Source: Chrysomallon squamiferum
Lineage: Eukaryota > Animalia > Mollusca
Length of the DNA stretch: 64,000 bases
Assembly: GCA_012295275.1 (NCBI GenBank)
Contig: CM022673.1
Span: 28,520,001 to 28,584,000 of the forward strand
Direction: 5' to 3'
The notes under the pieces are model-generated. The model ran no database searches. It was not told where the DNA came from and saw nothing but the letters and a program-made list of their open reading frames with translations. Below, piece by piece: positions 1 to 15,863 of the stretch (the first letter of the stretch is position 1; each line of letters opens with the position of its first letter). A program made the translations under genes and the position numbers.

Positions 1-2298
1 TTCAAAACAGATTTTATACGGGCATTCTGGGATTTGTTATTTTCTGAAATATTTATTGCATTTGTGATGAAACGAATGGAACATTACTTAGGAAGAAGAA
101 ACAAAAAACAAACAAAAAAGAAGGAAGAAAGAAAATAAAAGATGGATTGTTAAGTCCTTTGTTGGTGTTATTTGTGTTTTAAAAAAGAAGAAGAAGAAGA
201 AAGTGTTAAGTTTATTTTGAAAGTCTAGTTCATCTTAACGAAATCTAATTAAGGAAGGTAAAGTGACATTGTATTAGATTATGTGCAAAAATAGTTTTCA
301 AATCTTTAGGTATGTTAGCTTAGAAGCCTTGAAAATATATGTTAAACACTAGCGTTTAGGGGTTTCTTTATTTTTATTTATTTTTATTTTTTTATTTTTT
401 TTTTACAGTGAAAGAAGAAAAATAAAATAAAAATAAAAATAATAATAAAAAAAAATTATAGTAATAGATTTAAAACCCAAAATTCTTCTGTCGCAGCGCT
501 ATCGATTGTTTCTGATTTGACATATCATTTATCTACGTTATTTCATAACTTCAGCTCGGAGAACAACAGTTATCATCAAACAGTACTATCATTACTTTAA
601 CAGCAGACCGAGTTATTCACTGCAGGGCAGACCACTTCATTATGTGGAAGTGAGCTGTCGCGATCTCGTTTATCTATTATTCCATCGCTTCTGTTAATGT
701 GACAGCAGATTTCAACTAATCACGCTGTCATTAGCATAACAGATACAACCTTGTATTATAATACTCTGTCATTCATTCGTACCTATCATGATTCAGAATT
801 ATCTTTCACTTCTGTTCACCGAAGGAGTAGATGGAGTTTTAGCATGACATCTCTTTTGTCTGCATTATCTCGTAACTTCAGTTGCTGTGACACAACTTCT
901 TATTACCACAACAAAAACTGGTATTACGTGCTGATGGCTGATTATTATATTACTGGAAAAATGGCTAAGTTTTTTTTGGGTTTTTTGTCATCGAAATAAG
1001 AAGTTATTAAATATGATACTTCGTTTATCTGCCTTTTTTTTTTTTCTTTTTCTTTTTTTCTTGACGAGTTAATGCAATAGAAAGAGTATCAGCAATCTCG
1101 GTGTCATTTCAATAATAGGAATTTTTATTTTATTTTGTTCGGTAGATCATTTCGAATATATTTAGAATAAGCTTTAAGTCGTGTTCCCTGATTAAATATG
1201 CCGTCTCTCTTACATAATTTCAAGACTTTTTAAAGTCAATACAAAAGGGGGTTATCAATAACCGCACTTGTATTACATTTTGTCGGCAGATTATTCCTTA
1301 AACATTCAGAATAAGGATCAAGTTTTGTTCGCAGAAGTAGCTTATGGTATCGTGTTTATTTGTCATTTGAAATCATCCCATTTGTCACACACCTCACGAA
1401 TAACTGCACTCAGCCTAACATGCAACAATGGACTCGTCTTTCCACCTGTTACACAGACAGCTCAGGGAATAATTAAGCAAACCGCTTTTAACGATTAAGA
1501 AAAAAACAAAAAACGAACACAAATATAATAATATTCACATTTATTTGCTATAAATTCAGTCACATGACACACGAATAACATAAATCATTTATATGACATT
1601 TAGTACACACGTCCGATAGCACTAAGGCATATATTACAGTGTTATTACAGCATATATCAGCATATAAATGTTTTCAGCCGATATTTTAGGGGTTTGTTTA
1701 ACTAGTCCCTAAGCTGACTGTAACAACTGGGAATGTAACAGATATATCATAATCTAAACGAGTTCAGCCGCTGACTGCTCCATTAATATTATAAGGATTT
1801 GCGTAAGCTGTCCCTAAGCCTACCCACTGGGTGCGTAACACATGGGAGAAAATCTCATTCAGTCATTTTTTTCTACAGTTCAAGGATATTTAAATATGAC
1901 ACGTCATTAATCCTTTTTTTTCTTTCTCTTAATATGGTAAATTATCAACAAATCGCAGTGTCATAAGGATTTTGTATTACATACGGCAAGCAAGAAAGCA
2001 AAAACCATTCTATCGCAGAAACAACGGGAACATTTGCTGGTCGTGCTTACTAACTATTAAAGCATCAATACGACATATCGTTGTCAATGCTGATCGTGCT
2101 TTTTCCAGAATTTTGATAGGAAAAGTGAAACCGTGTCTAATCTCTTGTCTCTGATTTATTGATTGTTCGGTGGCGAATGTTTGCTCCGTGAACTTGAATA
2201 ATAAATCGTTTTTGTGTTATTATTTTTTCATATATTTTTATTCTAATAGCTTTGTTTCTTTTTTTTTTTTCTTGCCTTTTTTTTTTTTTAATATATAT

Positions 2299-2374
2299 AT
2301 ATGGCGGACATCTTGTATTAACAGATATATATATATATATATATGCATCTGTTAATACAAGATGTCCGCCATAT
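2299..2374. repeat. Perfect 28-bp inverted repeat with (AT)n spacer
   Basis: atatggcggacatcttgtattaacagat (2299-2326) and its exact reverse complement (2347-2374). Confidence 0.95.
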
Positions 2375-2818
2375 GGGCCATATGGTGGATGCTATGCATT
2401 GAGCTTCATAAATTATAACAACAGAAGTTGTCACAGTCAATTCGGCAGTTGCAGAAAATAAAGCTAGAGATAATTGGAAAATGACACCATACTGATTCTA
2501 GAGACTTGTATTATATTTCGCTTGTTTTTGTATGTCTGTGTATGCACGTTCGATAATTCTGGAAACAGGGACAAAATATAAATTAATTATAACTGCTGAG
2601 ACATACTGAGATTTATCTGAATTTGTTTTGTGATGAAGCTGTTACTACCACCAACAACAACTGCTGCTGCTATTACTACTGCTAAAACTACTTTTGCTAT
2701 TACTGCTTCTAGTATTACTACTACCGGAAACTACTATATACCAGAAAACGGTTCAACACCAGTAACTGCACGAAGTATCAAGTTTCCTCTGTAATAATGA
2801 TATGAGTATTGTGCACTG

Positions 2819-2850
<32 letters not shown>

Positions 2851-3978
2851 TTTTTTTTTTCGGGGGGGTGCGGGTTTCCAGTTCATTCGCAGCTTTTATG
2901 TCTAGAGACAGTAACTTTAACAAATCAGTCAGTGAGTCATGGCTTGAACGGGCAATAGCCAAGGAGGACTGATTTCGAATATACACGTCGAATAGGTTGC
3001 TTAATTATAATCTATAGCTGGCCCAGATATCCTCATGTAAGATGTCTGCAGTCGTTTTCAAATCTGCCACAACGATATCTCAAATTAATGACAAATACTG
3101 AAATAATCACTTGATTCATTAAGACTTTTTTCTTCTTCTTTTTTTTTTTTTTTTCATTCCGCCCGCATTACTAAGCTGACTTAATCTGAAACTTTCTGCT
3201 TCTTTGGCTTCTCTTTTAAAATGCTTCAGTTAATTCCCGCTCTAATGGATTACTTGTTTCCAATTATCAGTGATAGGGGGTCAACTGTTGCGTTGGCTAG
3301 ACTACCGAGTCCACCTCTCACCACACGCAAATCAATAGTGGATATCCTGGAACTCGAGAAGGGGAAGAGATTCTCATCAGAACCGATCCGAAGTTTATCG
3401 CACGATCTGGGTGTGCGTCTAGCGGTTGAAAACTCCAGCAGAAAGTAATTAACGCTTTGTAATTTAATCTGTGCTAAGGTCCAGAACTAATAAAAAGAAT
3501 AATAAAAAAAATCAACAAGAAATTTTCGTAAGCAGATTAAAATGGTTCATTCCAGAATTTCAGGAAAAAGAGGGATACCATTCTTTGTGGTGCATATAGT
3601 CTATCATACTTTTCAATATGAGTCTAGGCAAATGTAAAGACACCTAATGACAACAGTTAAAAGTAATTAGAAATATTTTATAATCAACTTCAACGATAGT
3701 CTTATTTTGATCCTTCAGTTCTCATCAGTATATAATATGTATAACTGTAGATTCAAAATCTGCTTATATCGTCGTTAAAAAAAAATCAACCCATTTCTTC
3801 CGTAGACAAATATATTCACTGACGGTTCCGTCACTTCTGTCTTAGACACACTTCCCAAGAGTGAGGCTTTTGTTCGACACACTGTTAGTCTTCATTGAAA
3901 GAGAGGGTGTAATGGTCTAACACTTACTTATGATAATTGTGTTAGGGACACACAGTGGATGTTAAGATCAGTGCTCAG

Positions 3979-4262
3979 ATCGATAGCTTACATAGAATAG
4001 TTCTGATTACGTGTCTTTTTAAACTGACCGGAATTAAAACTCTTGTAATCGATAGCTTACATAGAGTCGTTCTGATTAGGTGTCTTTTTAAACTGACCGG
4101 AATTAAAACTCTTGTAATCGATAGCTTACATAGAGTAGTTCTGATTACGTGTCTTTTTAAACTGACCGGAATTAAAACTGTTGTAATCGATAACTTACGT
4201 AGAGTAGTTCTGATTACGTGTTTTTTTATAAACTAATCGGAATGAAAAAACTGTTGAAATCG
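3979..4262. repeat. 69-bp minisatellite, about 4 copies
   Basis: The unit atcgatagcttacatagagtagttctgattacgtgtctttttaaactgaccggaattaaaactcttgta starts at 3979, 4048, 4117 and 4186. Confidence 0.95.
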
Positions 4263-5399
4263 AATCGCTGTCTTACTCACCACATGAACACTTCTGGTTA
4301 TTAAAACCGTAAATTACAAGTTAGAGCAGTGGCTGTGGTGTGTATTTTACTGGGCATATACAGAATTAATTAAATAAAAGCAGTGGGCATGGTATTGTGT
4401 ATTTTTGTCATTATTAAATATTATTTTCTCTCACTTTGAGACTGGCGTTCGTTAAACCAGTTATTAGCTTGAGAAAATACACGACCAATCTTATTACTCG
4501 AAATGTTAGCCATCTGGTTTCTTTCTTCCAAAATTATACGTTGTTTAAAAATAATTTGTTCAGCTGCTGTAAGTCCATTATCACATCATTATCGGTTTGG
4601 AAGTCATATTATAATTTAATACACGTCTAGTTAATAACAGATCAGTAGTAACCAAAATCATTACAAAATACTATTACAAAATAATGTAGTGATGTGACGT
4701 CAACAGAACGATCGGTAATAAAAATAAAGGGTTCGGGCAGGAAAAAAAAATCATGAAGTTTGTGTTTAAAATGTAGTAAATCCCCACAAATACGCTGTTA
4801 TCTTTCTGCTGGTTTTTACCCTGACGAAGTATTAAAATAAGTTTTTTTTGTGTTGTTTGAATTTGGTGCTTAGGTCTATTGCATAGTTTTTCCTTTGACT
4901 CCAATTGCTGTAGAGTTTCAGTTATAACATGGACAATAGCCCATTTTAGAAAATACATTACACATCTTCCTTTTAGCGTATTTGTTTTCATTTACAAAGC
5001 GACAGAAACAAAGGAGATTGAAAAACCAGGAATGAGCGAAAAGCCTCATGGTCAGATATTGTTATTGATTTTACTGATGAGCTCTATTTTCTAGGAAGAG
5101 GCTGGTTTGATTGAAGGAAAAATCGAATCGGCAAAATTTCATTATATGCCAAAGAAGCCATGTTCCGCCAAAAACTGTAACATGATGGCTAATTCTTGGC
5201 TTCATTCGTTTTCTACGTCGGCAGCTTCGCGTCAATTTTCTGCTCAAACAACTTGCCGAATATCGGCTAATGCCACTCACAGATTTGTCGCTGTTTTCGT
5301 TACCATGGTAATTCTTTTCCCTCGAGACTGTATATAGTGATTCAGGCTATGAAACATTTCTCGTCAAATATGAGACGAAATGCATAAATAGTCCAGTGC

Positions 5400-5830
5400 A
5401 TCCCGGCAGTGCGCTTTCGTCGCCATTTTGATTATAATGCTGTAAGAATAATGGGATTACCGAACAGTCTAAGCCTGAGATGAAACTGTGAAGCGCAATG
5501 GAGTCGAAAGCTCGACGGTTGTTGATCGATGCAAGACGCTGGCAGAACGACCGCACGGAAAACAAAGTAAGGTAGGACGACTCCTTTGTCTCTTTCGCAA
5601 ATTTTAGCTTTTCGCGTCGTTTCGCAGCCTCAGAATTATCAAACACTTCAGCACCGGGTGTATGTTATAAACAATTTGATTGGCTGATATCTTTCCAGCC
5701 CGGTGTACGTATGTGTAGACTTAGGCGCTTTCGCTTCGGTAGTCCGAGGTGACAGGATTTCGTTATTGAGTATTTTCGTCGCTTCGTTATTTCACGACCG
5801 AGCTAAAATTAACTGACATTAAGTTCACCC
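5400..5830. promoter_or_regulatory. CpG-rich promoter-like segment
   Basis: Locally GC/CpG-rich. YY1-type CGCCATTTTG at 5421-5430, ATTGG at 5679-5683, and + strand donor-like sites at 5567 (gtaagg) and 5572 (AAG|gtagga). Confidence 0.35.
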
Positions 5831-6092
5831 GTTTTAGCTGAAGGTTAAAAGAAAGACATAATTATAGTAAATGAACAAACACTTGAACATTATCTTATAA
5901 GAGTAATAATATTTTAAATGATTATTTTTTTTAAACTGTCTTTCCTCTTTTTTTGTTGTTGTTATTATTATTATTATTATTATTATCATCATCATCATTA
6001 CTATGATTATTATTATTACTATTCCTGCTATTACTACTGACATTATTATCAATATTATTAATATCAGTAGTATTACTGTTGTTGTTGTTGTA

Positions 6093-6155
<63 letters not shown>

Positions 6156-6926
6156 TACATATTATTTACATATGACTTATATTAAAAATGTTAAACGCTT
6201 GAATGTTCTTGAATCTTTCATAATAGTATAACTATAATTATTTTTCCGTATTCATATTTTTAAATTTGTTTTGTTTTAAAGAGAAAGTGTCATTTATCAT
6301 AATAACATTTTTTAAATAAAAAGAACAAAAGAAACATATTTCCAGTCGTTTCGTCTTCACTTCTGAAATATAAATACACCTGTCTTTATGTGGGAGTATA
6401 TGTGCTTTGTTATCCATATTCAACATTTAGGCATTTGTATTCCTTACATATATTATTTACCTGCATTTTCTTCTTTTTTAATTATAAGATGTTTACACTG
6501 TTTACATAGGGATATTTTGAACATATCGGGTAAAAAAAAACAAATTAAAAAATTCAAATAAGAATGCATTTTCTTAATAATCATTGTAAAATTAATATTT
6601 ACGAAATATTTAATAAATTCATGTTATTTTTATGATTATCATCATCACCATTATTTTATTTTATGATTACCAAATATAGAAAAGATAAAGGAAGATTAAA
6701 CAAACTTCAAAATAATGCGAACAAAAAGAAAGAGAAAAATGAAATTGCATAAAAGATCAAAGGAAAATTTAAAAAAAAAAGAGTTTTATCAACGAGTTTG
6801 TATTGATTTCAGATTCTTTTTCGTCCTTCTTTTTTTTCATTTTTCTTCTTTTTTTTTTTTTCTTTAAGACACTTGCCTTCGTATTTGAAAAATGTATTAA
6901 TTTTAGGTTATATTTCCATTTCTTTC

Positions 6927-6968
<42 letters not shown>

Positions 6969-7291
6969 TCTATATCGACCAAGCATATGAGATTTCCATT
7001 TCTATTTATTTTTTTCCTCTTTTTCAAATGCGGACGAAAACGCTATCGAACGCAAATAAAGGCTAGATGTTTTGTGACAATGTTAGTGAATTGTTATGTA
7101 GTATTTTATGCGTGTGATGAAGTTTATCGGTTTGCGCAGACAAATTTGAATTCTTCTGTATTTTCAATTAACAGACTTAGCAAGTAAAATATCATGACAA
7201 AAGAATTTAACTAGTAAGAGAAAATTTTAAGATCAACAACAACAACAATAATGATGATGATGACGCAATGACGATAACAGCAACAACACAA

Positions 7292-7396
<105 letters not shown>

Positions 7397-8049
7397 AAGC
7401 AGCAGAATGACAACAACATAAAGAAACTGAATAAAACATTGCAAATTTTCCGAAACTCGGAAATGCTCATGAGTTTGTTATGTCATCATGCTTCATAATT
7501 AGCAAAGGTTAGTAACTAATATATATATATATATATATATAAAACAATCAAACGGAAATATATAATATTCATTTATTCACATCTCCAAAGGAACACTTTA
7601 AGAAGCTGACCATTTCTTTGTAAATTAACATGACAATAAATCACAATAAAAACTTTTTAATAACCATTCCTTAAAGGAATTATTAGAGTAACAAAAAAAC
7701 ACTTATAAAGTGATTTTGTCACAATAGATTTTGAAAACAATTCGCTTTAAGTAATTCCCATTGGCAATCTGTTATTCTTTAGTAATATTTGAGAGACTTA
7801 TTTGACAACGTTGATGTGCAAACGTTAATTTATCAGCAGGAAAACAATAAAATGAAGTGTGTGTGTAATACGTTATGTTACCATCACGAATACAGAGCAT
7901 GATTCATATAAGAGATGGATGATGCTGGGTAATGAAATAGTTTTAATGCCTGTAATTTATTTTTTGTCGCTTGTTTTGCGCGAAATAACAAGGTCTGAAA
8001 TATTTTTATTTGGAAAACGGGAATAAGATAGTATTCGTGGTAATTCGGT

Positions 8050-8184
<135 letters not shown>

Positions 8185-9649
8185 AATATTATAAATGTTT
8201 ATATGTGTGTGTGTATGTGTGTGTGTGTGAGCGCGCGCGCTTGTGTGTGTGTGTGTGCGAGTGTGTTTTTAATATTGCCAACACAATAATTATAATATAT
8301 GAGCTTTTGATGACACCTCTGGAATGCATCAAAATGAAGATTGTTTTGAAAATCATCCTTTACTAATAACAAATATGAGTCAAAATATAAATCTAGCGTT
8401 CAACCATAAATGCTGCCTTTTTACCTAATTTGTGTTCTATTGTTCATTTATATCGTTAACTAAAATTTAAATTGGGGCTTTTTTTTAAGAGAAAGTTTTA
8501 AACTTAGTTTTATTAAGCACACATTTTTATTTTATTACCTTTTCTAGAACAGGTAGTCAAATAAACAATCTTTCTTCTTTCTTCTTCTTCTTTCTTCTTC
8601 TTCTTCTTCTTCTTCTTCTCTCTCTCTCTCTCTGTTTATATATATTATATATGTTTATGTGGGTCTGTGCATGTGTATTTATGTTTGTACGTATGTATGT
8701 ATGTAGTTACGTATGTATGTATGTATATTTGTATGTGTATATGAACGTATGTATATATGTATGTATATGTAGGTATGTATATCTCATTCTCTGTATCTCC
8801 CGCTGTCACATTCACAAAATGCACACATCATTCTGTCACATTTTAGTGTTAATTATTACGTGTTTTATTGGCAATTTCTTCGTACTAATCTACGTAATAG
8901 CCTGCATATTCCTCCTATCAGCGAGCCAATAAATTATCCTATAAGGCAATAACTGCAGATAGGCTTAGCAATCCCCTAGCTTCATTACCACTGCACTTGT
9001 GAATATTACCTCCATAGCGGCTACTACAAAGCCAGTATTGTAACCCCAAGGAAAACGTATTACGCTGTTTAAATGTCAGAGAAAGCAAATAATCTCGTGT
9101 GATTTTTATTTTATTATATTCATCATGCTCGGTATAAAGCCATCATCCTTGGTGTCATCATCATCATCATTATCATCATTCATCATTATTATTATTATTA
9201 TTATTATTTTTGTTGATTTTGGTGTTGAAATTGCTGCTGCTGTTGTTGTTGTTATTTTTGTTATTAGTTATTATCATATTACAGAGAAATATATACAGCT
9301 AAATATATAGGAAAGTCTAATATTAACTATATGAATGCAGCGGCTTGCTAATGTTTGATGTAATAAGCTGATTCCAACAGGTTGTTAGGCAACATCGACC
9401 TCATACGCCAATATAACTTTGGTGACGAGACATTATTTCATATCGTGCCTCACTTTTAATGAAAATGGATTGATAACCGCAGATCCCTTTTCAGCAGTTC
9501 GCCAAAATCGGTATAAGTGACTTTGATACATGAATATTCTAATGTATTAAACGCTCGTCTGGAAGCTATACATTAACTGTCTTCGCGAGTGCTTTGCCGA
9601 TGAAACTAGCGAACTGCTAAAGCTATTTGCAACTGCAGCCTTACGGGAT

Positions 9650-9860
9650 GTGTTGGGTTCATCATTTAATGGATGGCGACGTCTCCAGAGGGCTGTGGAT
9701 GTCGTATCTCAATCATGATCGCGGCGTAATGCATATTCCACGAGTGCTTGGATCTCGCAGTCCCCGAATTCCTTCGTTTACAGCGGTACTCCAAGTCCTA
9801 GACTGGCGATACGAGATTTGTTCCACAGCACCTCGTTTTATATCTTTATCTTCCTTCCTA
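9650..9860 (-). mobile_element. Possible decayed LINE (RTE-like) 3' fragment
   Basis: GC-richer patch whose peptide EQISYRQSRTWSTAVNEG resembles the RTE C-terminal WE..A.DR..WR.AV..G pattern, ending in aatgatg. Confidence 0.25.
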
Positions 9861-9999
9861 TGAAGGAATATGTGTGTGTGTGTGTGTGTGCATGTGTGTG
9901 TATGTGTGTGTGTGTGCGTTGTGTGTATATATATATATACATACATACATACATTGTCCAATAGGTGCAGAAAACGAAAATTCACTATTAATAATAATA

Positions 10000-10035
<36 letters not shown>

Positions 10036-10384
10036 GTGGTGGTGGATGATGATCATGATAATAAGAATAATAATAATATAAAAACAACAACAACAAAGAA
10101 ACAAAAAACTGATTTATTTGTCTGTGGAAATTTGATGCATGTTCTTTTTCAAAGCAAGGTGTAGTTCAGTCATTGATTTAGTAATGAATCTGCGGTTTTA
10201 ATAGTTTAAATGATGAAGTAGTAGTCTGAAAATAATTGGAAATCTCTTGCCTGTTATTACTTTGTGTGGATGATTGCCTGAATATTTCTGTTTTAGACGG
10301 CATGTATAGATTTATTTCTGTATGCATGTGTATGTGTGTATGAGCGAGCCGGCGACATATAGACAGACAGACAGACAGACACAC

Positions 10385-10686
<302 letters not shown>

Positions 10687-11818
10687 TTTAAGAACTGCCT
10701 GCTTAAAATAATTGTCAGTACTGTTCTGATCTTCGTACTATTTTTCAAATATCATTCATTTTGTTTTTCATTTTCCTATTTACTGTATCTATTACTACAT
10801 CATAATCATCGTTAAAACAATTATTTTAAATATATTTCTTTTCCCATCATCGTCAACTTCATTATGAATACGTTTGTCTCTTCTCTTCCGTCATCGAAGG
10901 TGTCTGCAGTTCATCATCCAGTTATTTCCATCTACGCAGTCACCATCACTTCATATGTTTAAATTACTTATCTGTTGCTAACTCTGTACTATATAATTTT
11001 ATATTACTGTTATTATCGTCTTTTAATAAACAAGTTACGTTTACTTTTTCCCTCTCTGTAATATTGTATCGTCGTCCTCAAGACAAGCTAGTTATCTGTT
11101 TTGTTTCCCGAAGCGTCATCATCATCGTCATCATTACTGTTATTAGCAAAACCATCACTCTATATATGCTATACTACGTCCACAGTCCCTGTTGTTCCTG
11201 CATCATCATCGTCATCATCATTATCATCATCATCGTCGTCGTCGTCATTATAATCATGGTCGTCCTCGTCGCTATTATCAACATCACTGCCTTTGTATAA
11301 ATTAGTCTTTACGTCTATGGTTATCTTTACCTCTGCATTATTATCGTCGTCATCATCATCATCATCATCGTTATTATCACCGTTGATGTTTAAAGTTCAG
11401 CTACTTCTACTGCCCCTCGATTTGTTTCATTCTGTTGTTTCTGTTATTATTTAGCACGAGCACGCGGTGTTATCGTAATGGCGTTGTTAGCGTTTTCATG
11501 TCGATTGGTCTGTTATAACTAGACAGCTGCAGAACTACATCATCCGATCTAATGATCACTTTAATGTGCACCAAAAGCTTCAGCACGCCAAATTACAATT
11601 ATCTTTACTTCCTGGAAGCAATTTGTGACTTGCCTGTTGTTTGGTGTAGACGGAAATACATTTCTGTTGACAGCTGTGCTAGATTTTAATTTTAAGTTCT
11701 GTCGCATCTTGAGACTTGTCAGTGTAAGGTTTGAGACGAGAAGCGTTAATAACAGCGGTTATAATAGAAACTTTAATAAGAGCAATAATGACATCGACAT
11801 TAAAACAACAGTAATAGC

Positions 11819-11910
<92 letters not shown>

Positions 11911-12339
11911 CAGTAGTGTTTTTAATTATGTTTTCTTATTTTTTTTTATTTTATCTTATTTTGTATCTTTAAAAAAAAAATAAATAAAAAGTAAAAATAA
12001 TAATTAAAAAAAAAAAATAAATAAATAAATTTAAAAAAAAAAAAAAAAAAATGATAATCCCAAACCATGTTCGGTTTTCTCGGACATATCATTTCAGTGT
12101 CAACGATCGATTTTTTAAAAAAATTTTTACTTTTACCAGTGTGGTATCGTTCGCGCAGATGTAACGCTATCCAAGTACTTACACAATTACACTCTTCCCA
12201 AGGGTAATTCGCGTCTCAGCGAGCTTTTCGACAGAGATTTATCTTACCCCACGTAACCTCAAAACAAGCTGCGCATCGTTCTTACAGATGGGTAGCGGTT
12301 TAAGAGACACTGCGTGTAAAGGTTCTGTGAAGCTGAAAT

Positions 12340-12690
12340 GATTTTGAGTTCAGGGAACGGTTGTGGGAATGTTTTGAGTACATGTAACGATTCTCAGAAT
12401 ATGTAACGGTAGTGAGTATAATTAACGGTTCTGAGAATTATACGACGGTGAGTATATGTAATGGCTATGAGTGTATATAACGGTTGTGAGTGTATGTAAC
12501 GGTTTCGAGTTTACATAACAGTTCTGAGTATATATGTATAACGGCCCTGAATAAACGGTTGTAACGGTTCTAAACATAGGGATTTCGAGTCTTGTAAAGG
12601 TTATATAACAGTTTGTATTTTTCTTGTTCTGTATATAACAGTTCTATTATTCAAGAATAAAGCAACGGTTTTGTGTATATAACAGTTCGT
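12340..12690. repeat. Degenerate ~20-bp tandem repeat
   Basis: Recurring taacggttctgagtatatg-like units. Confidence 0.7.
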
Positions 12691-13385
12691 GATTTCTTCT
12701 TGTGTCATTTATTTTATAGAAAACATGAGCGATATATATATATAAACACACAAAATCATTCAACATCATTTTTTGATCATCACAAAGTGCATTACAATAA
12801 TTAAAACCTTCATCATTATTTGCTGTTATTTTCAAAATCTCATTTCAGTATGTTAAGAATTCAAAAAATTCTCAGATTTTTTTCCTCATTGCGTTATAAT
12901 GGTTGAAACGATAAGGGGAAAAATAAATAAATAAAATAAATAAATAACATGAAATGTATGAACTTTACCAAAAATGATATATATACTCTCATATACTAAA
13001 CACACCTATATTTGTAATATAATAAACACACACCTATATTTGTTTTCTCCATTTATTTATTGATTTATTGTTATTTGATCTGATCTCGTGAATGGAATCT
13101 TTTCGTGAGTTATCCATGCACATAAATAAACATAGGCAGTTGGAATAAAGCCATGGGACGGATCCATACATAACTGCAAAGTCTTAGCAGGGCAAAGTCC
13201 TGACAATCGTTCATTTTGTGTATATGGGTTGACAAGGCTGTCTTACATGCGTGTGTGTGATATAGTGTATCTGTATTCTAAACTGTTGTAGTAGTACTTA
13301 AAAATTAACTCTTAGAAATTCAGTCAAGAATAATATAGTGTTTGTGGATGTGTTTGTGTGTATGTGTGTGCGAAAGAGAGAGAGA

Positions 13386-13491
<106 letters not shown>

Positions 13492-13937
13492 GCGCGCGGA
13501 TGAGAACGTGTGTGTCTATGTGTGCATATGTTGGGAAAAGATAACTGTGTACACAGATATTTTGCATATCGTATGAACACACACACACGCACAGCCACAC
13601 ACACACACACGATTATGTGACGGAAAGCACGTTCGTATAATTATTAAGTTCGTTAAACGGTTAATGTTCTAGATTTATAACTATTCGGCCTTGTCCCAGC
13701 ATAACGATCTGTTTGCGTTCTCGCATGAACTGCCATAGTCCTGTTGCATTTCACTGCGTTTAAGTGTGTTTTCAGGTGTCATAGCCTTTATCTTTTCTTT
13801 ACCCCCTACAATGTCATCTCCATGACACTTCCAGTAAACATTGCCTTTACTTTGTCTTTTGATCGTAATAAAGATACACATTATGTAAACACACAAAACA
13901 AAACTAGAAAAACAAAACATAAAAAAAATAAAATTAA

Positions 13938-13971
<34 letters not shown>

Positions 13972-15557
13972 AAAGAAACATGAAGAAGAAATTGTATAGA
14001 GAATTTTTGTGCTGTGAGTTTCCTTCAGTCTATAAAAAATAAAAAATAAATAAAATTCTTCTGGCTATGTGTATTTTGGGCTGAAGAAAAGGCTGCGGTT
14101 TCGATCGTTTTCAACGCAAAGCTCGCCACCAAGGAGACCTAATCGCAGATTAAGACTGTGTACAGTGAGTGCATCATTAAATAAAATATTTCTTGTTTTC
14201 TTTTGCCCAAACAACAAGTCAATTAACCTGCAGTTCACTGTCATTATCAGCATGGGCCTTAATCAGATGTTAGAGGCCATTAAATCGTAGATCACAAATG
14301 GGTTGAGTCAGTCCTTGTATACAGTATATTTTTATTTTGCTTTTTTTTTTTTTTTCTTTGTTTTTCTTCTATTCTTTCTTCTTTTTTGTTTTGTTTTATT
14401 TTCCTTTTGTTTCGTTTTTTTTTTTTTTTTTTTTTCCTTCACCGTCCCTTTCTTATTTTGTTTTTCTTTCTTTTTTTCTTTTCGGCTAAATATTTATCTA
14501 TAAAACAAGTTCAGTTTAATTAAAATGTCAAAAACAGTTTCATTAAATTCGTAATAGAGAGTACATCATTACACAGTTTGTTAGCTAAAGATATTTTACA
14601 TTAAAATAGGAAAAAAATATATATGACGTTAAGCAAAATATTATTCTTTCTTTTGTTGGAAGCTTTAATGTTGAAACATGTCATAATAATATAATTATTT
14701 ATCGATTTTTATGCGAGTAAATTGGCTTTTTACAACAAGGCGTATACCAGCTAAATTTTATATTTTATCTAGCATAGCATTTTTCAGGTAATTCGCGAAA
14801 AAGAAAGCACATAATGACAGAAAAACGACCGTTAATTAAATAATTAACCAAATTACTGTGCTTAACGGAGTTTACATTCATTTTCGTAATCAAGTACTAA
14901 AAGTATTTTCTCATTAAATGCACAACCAAAGAACACCTGTTCTTCATACTCATACAGAAGTGCTGATCATTAATACTGAGCAGATGATAACATCGACGTA
15001 GGAAACAGACAACGACAACGTCGAAAACACAGTGTTGCAAATTACCAACGCAAATGTGTGAGTGTTAAGATGAATTTGGAAATATTTATACTCTGAAGAA
15101 TTTTATCTTCACGAACTCCATGAATAAAACAAATTTATTTGTGTTTTATTCGTAGACAAGCTGTTTTACTGAACATTCGTTTCCTAATTTAAACAGCAGC
15201 AAACTGTCAGCAAATACCTTAATGAATTATTGATAAGCCTTTATTTGTTAGGAAGCTATCTTCTAATTTATACGCACATAATATTTTTAATCGTTAATTT
15301 ATGGTAACAGAAGTCGGTGAAAATATATGTGTGTGTGTGTGTGTGTGTGATTATAGTTTTAACATTTCGTGAAATTAGAAATACAGTTTAAGTAGTTTAA
15401 TGAGTTTTATTATTTTTAAACTTGACACGTGCAATTTTTGAAAAGAGAGAGAGAAAAAAAATAGCGAGATGAGTGTGAGTTTGTGTGTATGCATGTTTGT
15501 GTGTGTATGTCTCATATAGGTTAAGAGAGTCGGAATCATGTGAACGAAAAACAAATG

Positions 15558-15648
<91 letters not shown>

Positions 15649-15814
15649 GAGAGACAGAGAGACAGAAAGAGAAAGAGAGAGAGAGGGGGAGAGAGAGACA
15701 TCACAAGTGATTAGTAAATTGAGCATAGTTGTATATTTATTGTTATATCTGTAAAAATAAATAAACATATAATCCAGGTCAGTTTATCTTTTAAATCAAA
15801 CAATCGTTTATGTC

Positions 15815-15863
<49 letters not shown>

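Noticed and set aside
3955-4236. 93-aa ORF with a 23-aa repeat
   Set aside because: It follows from a 69-bp minisatellite whose unit is a multiple of three. It has no ATG start or splice support.
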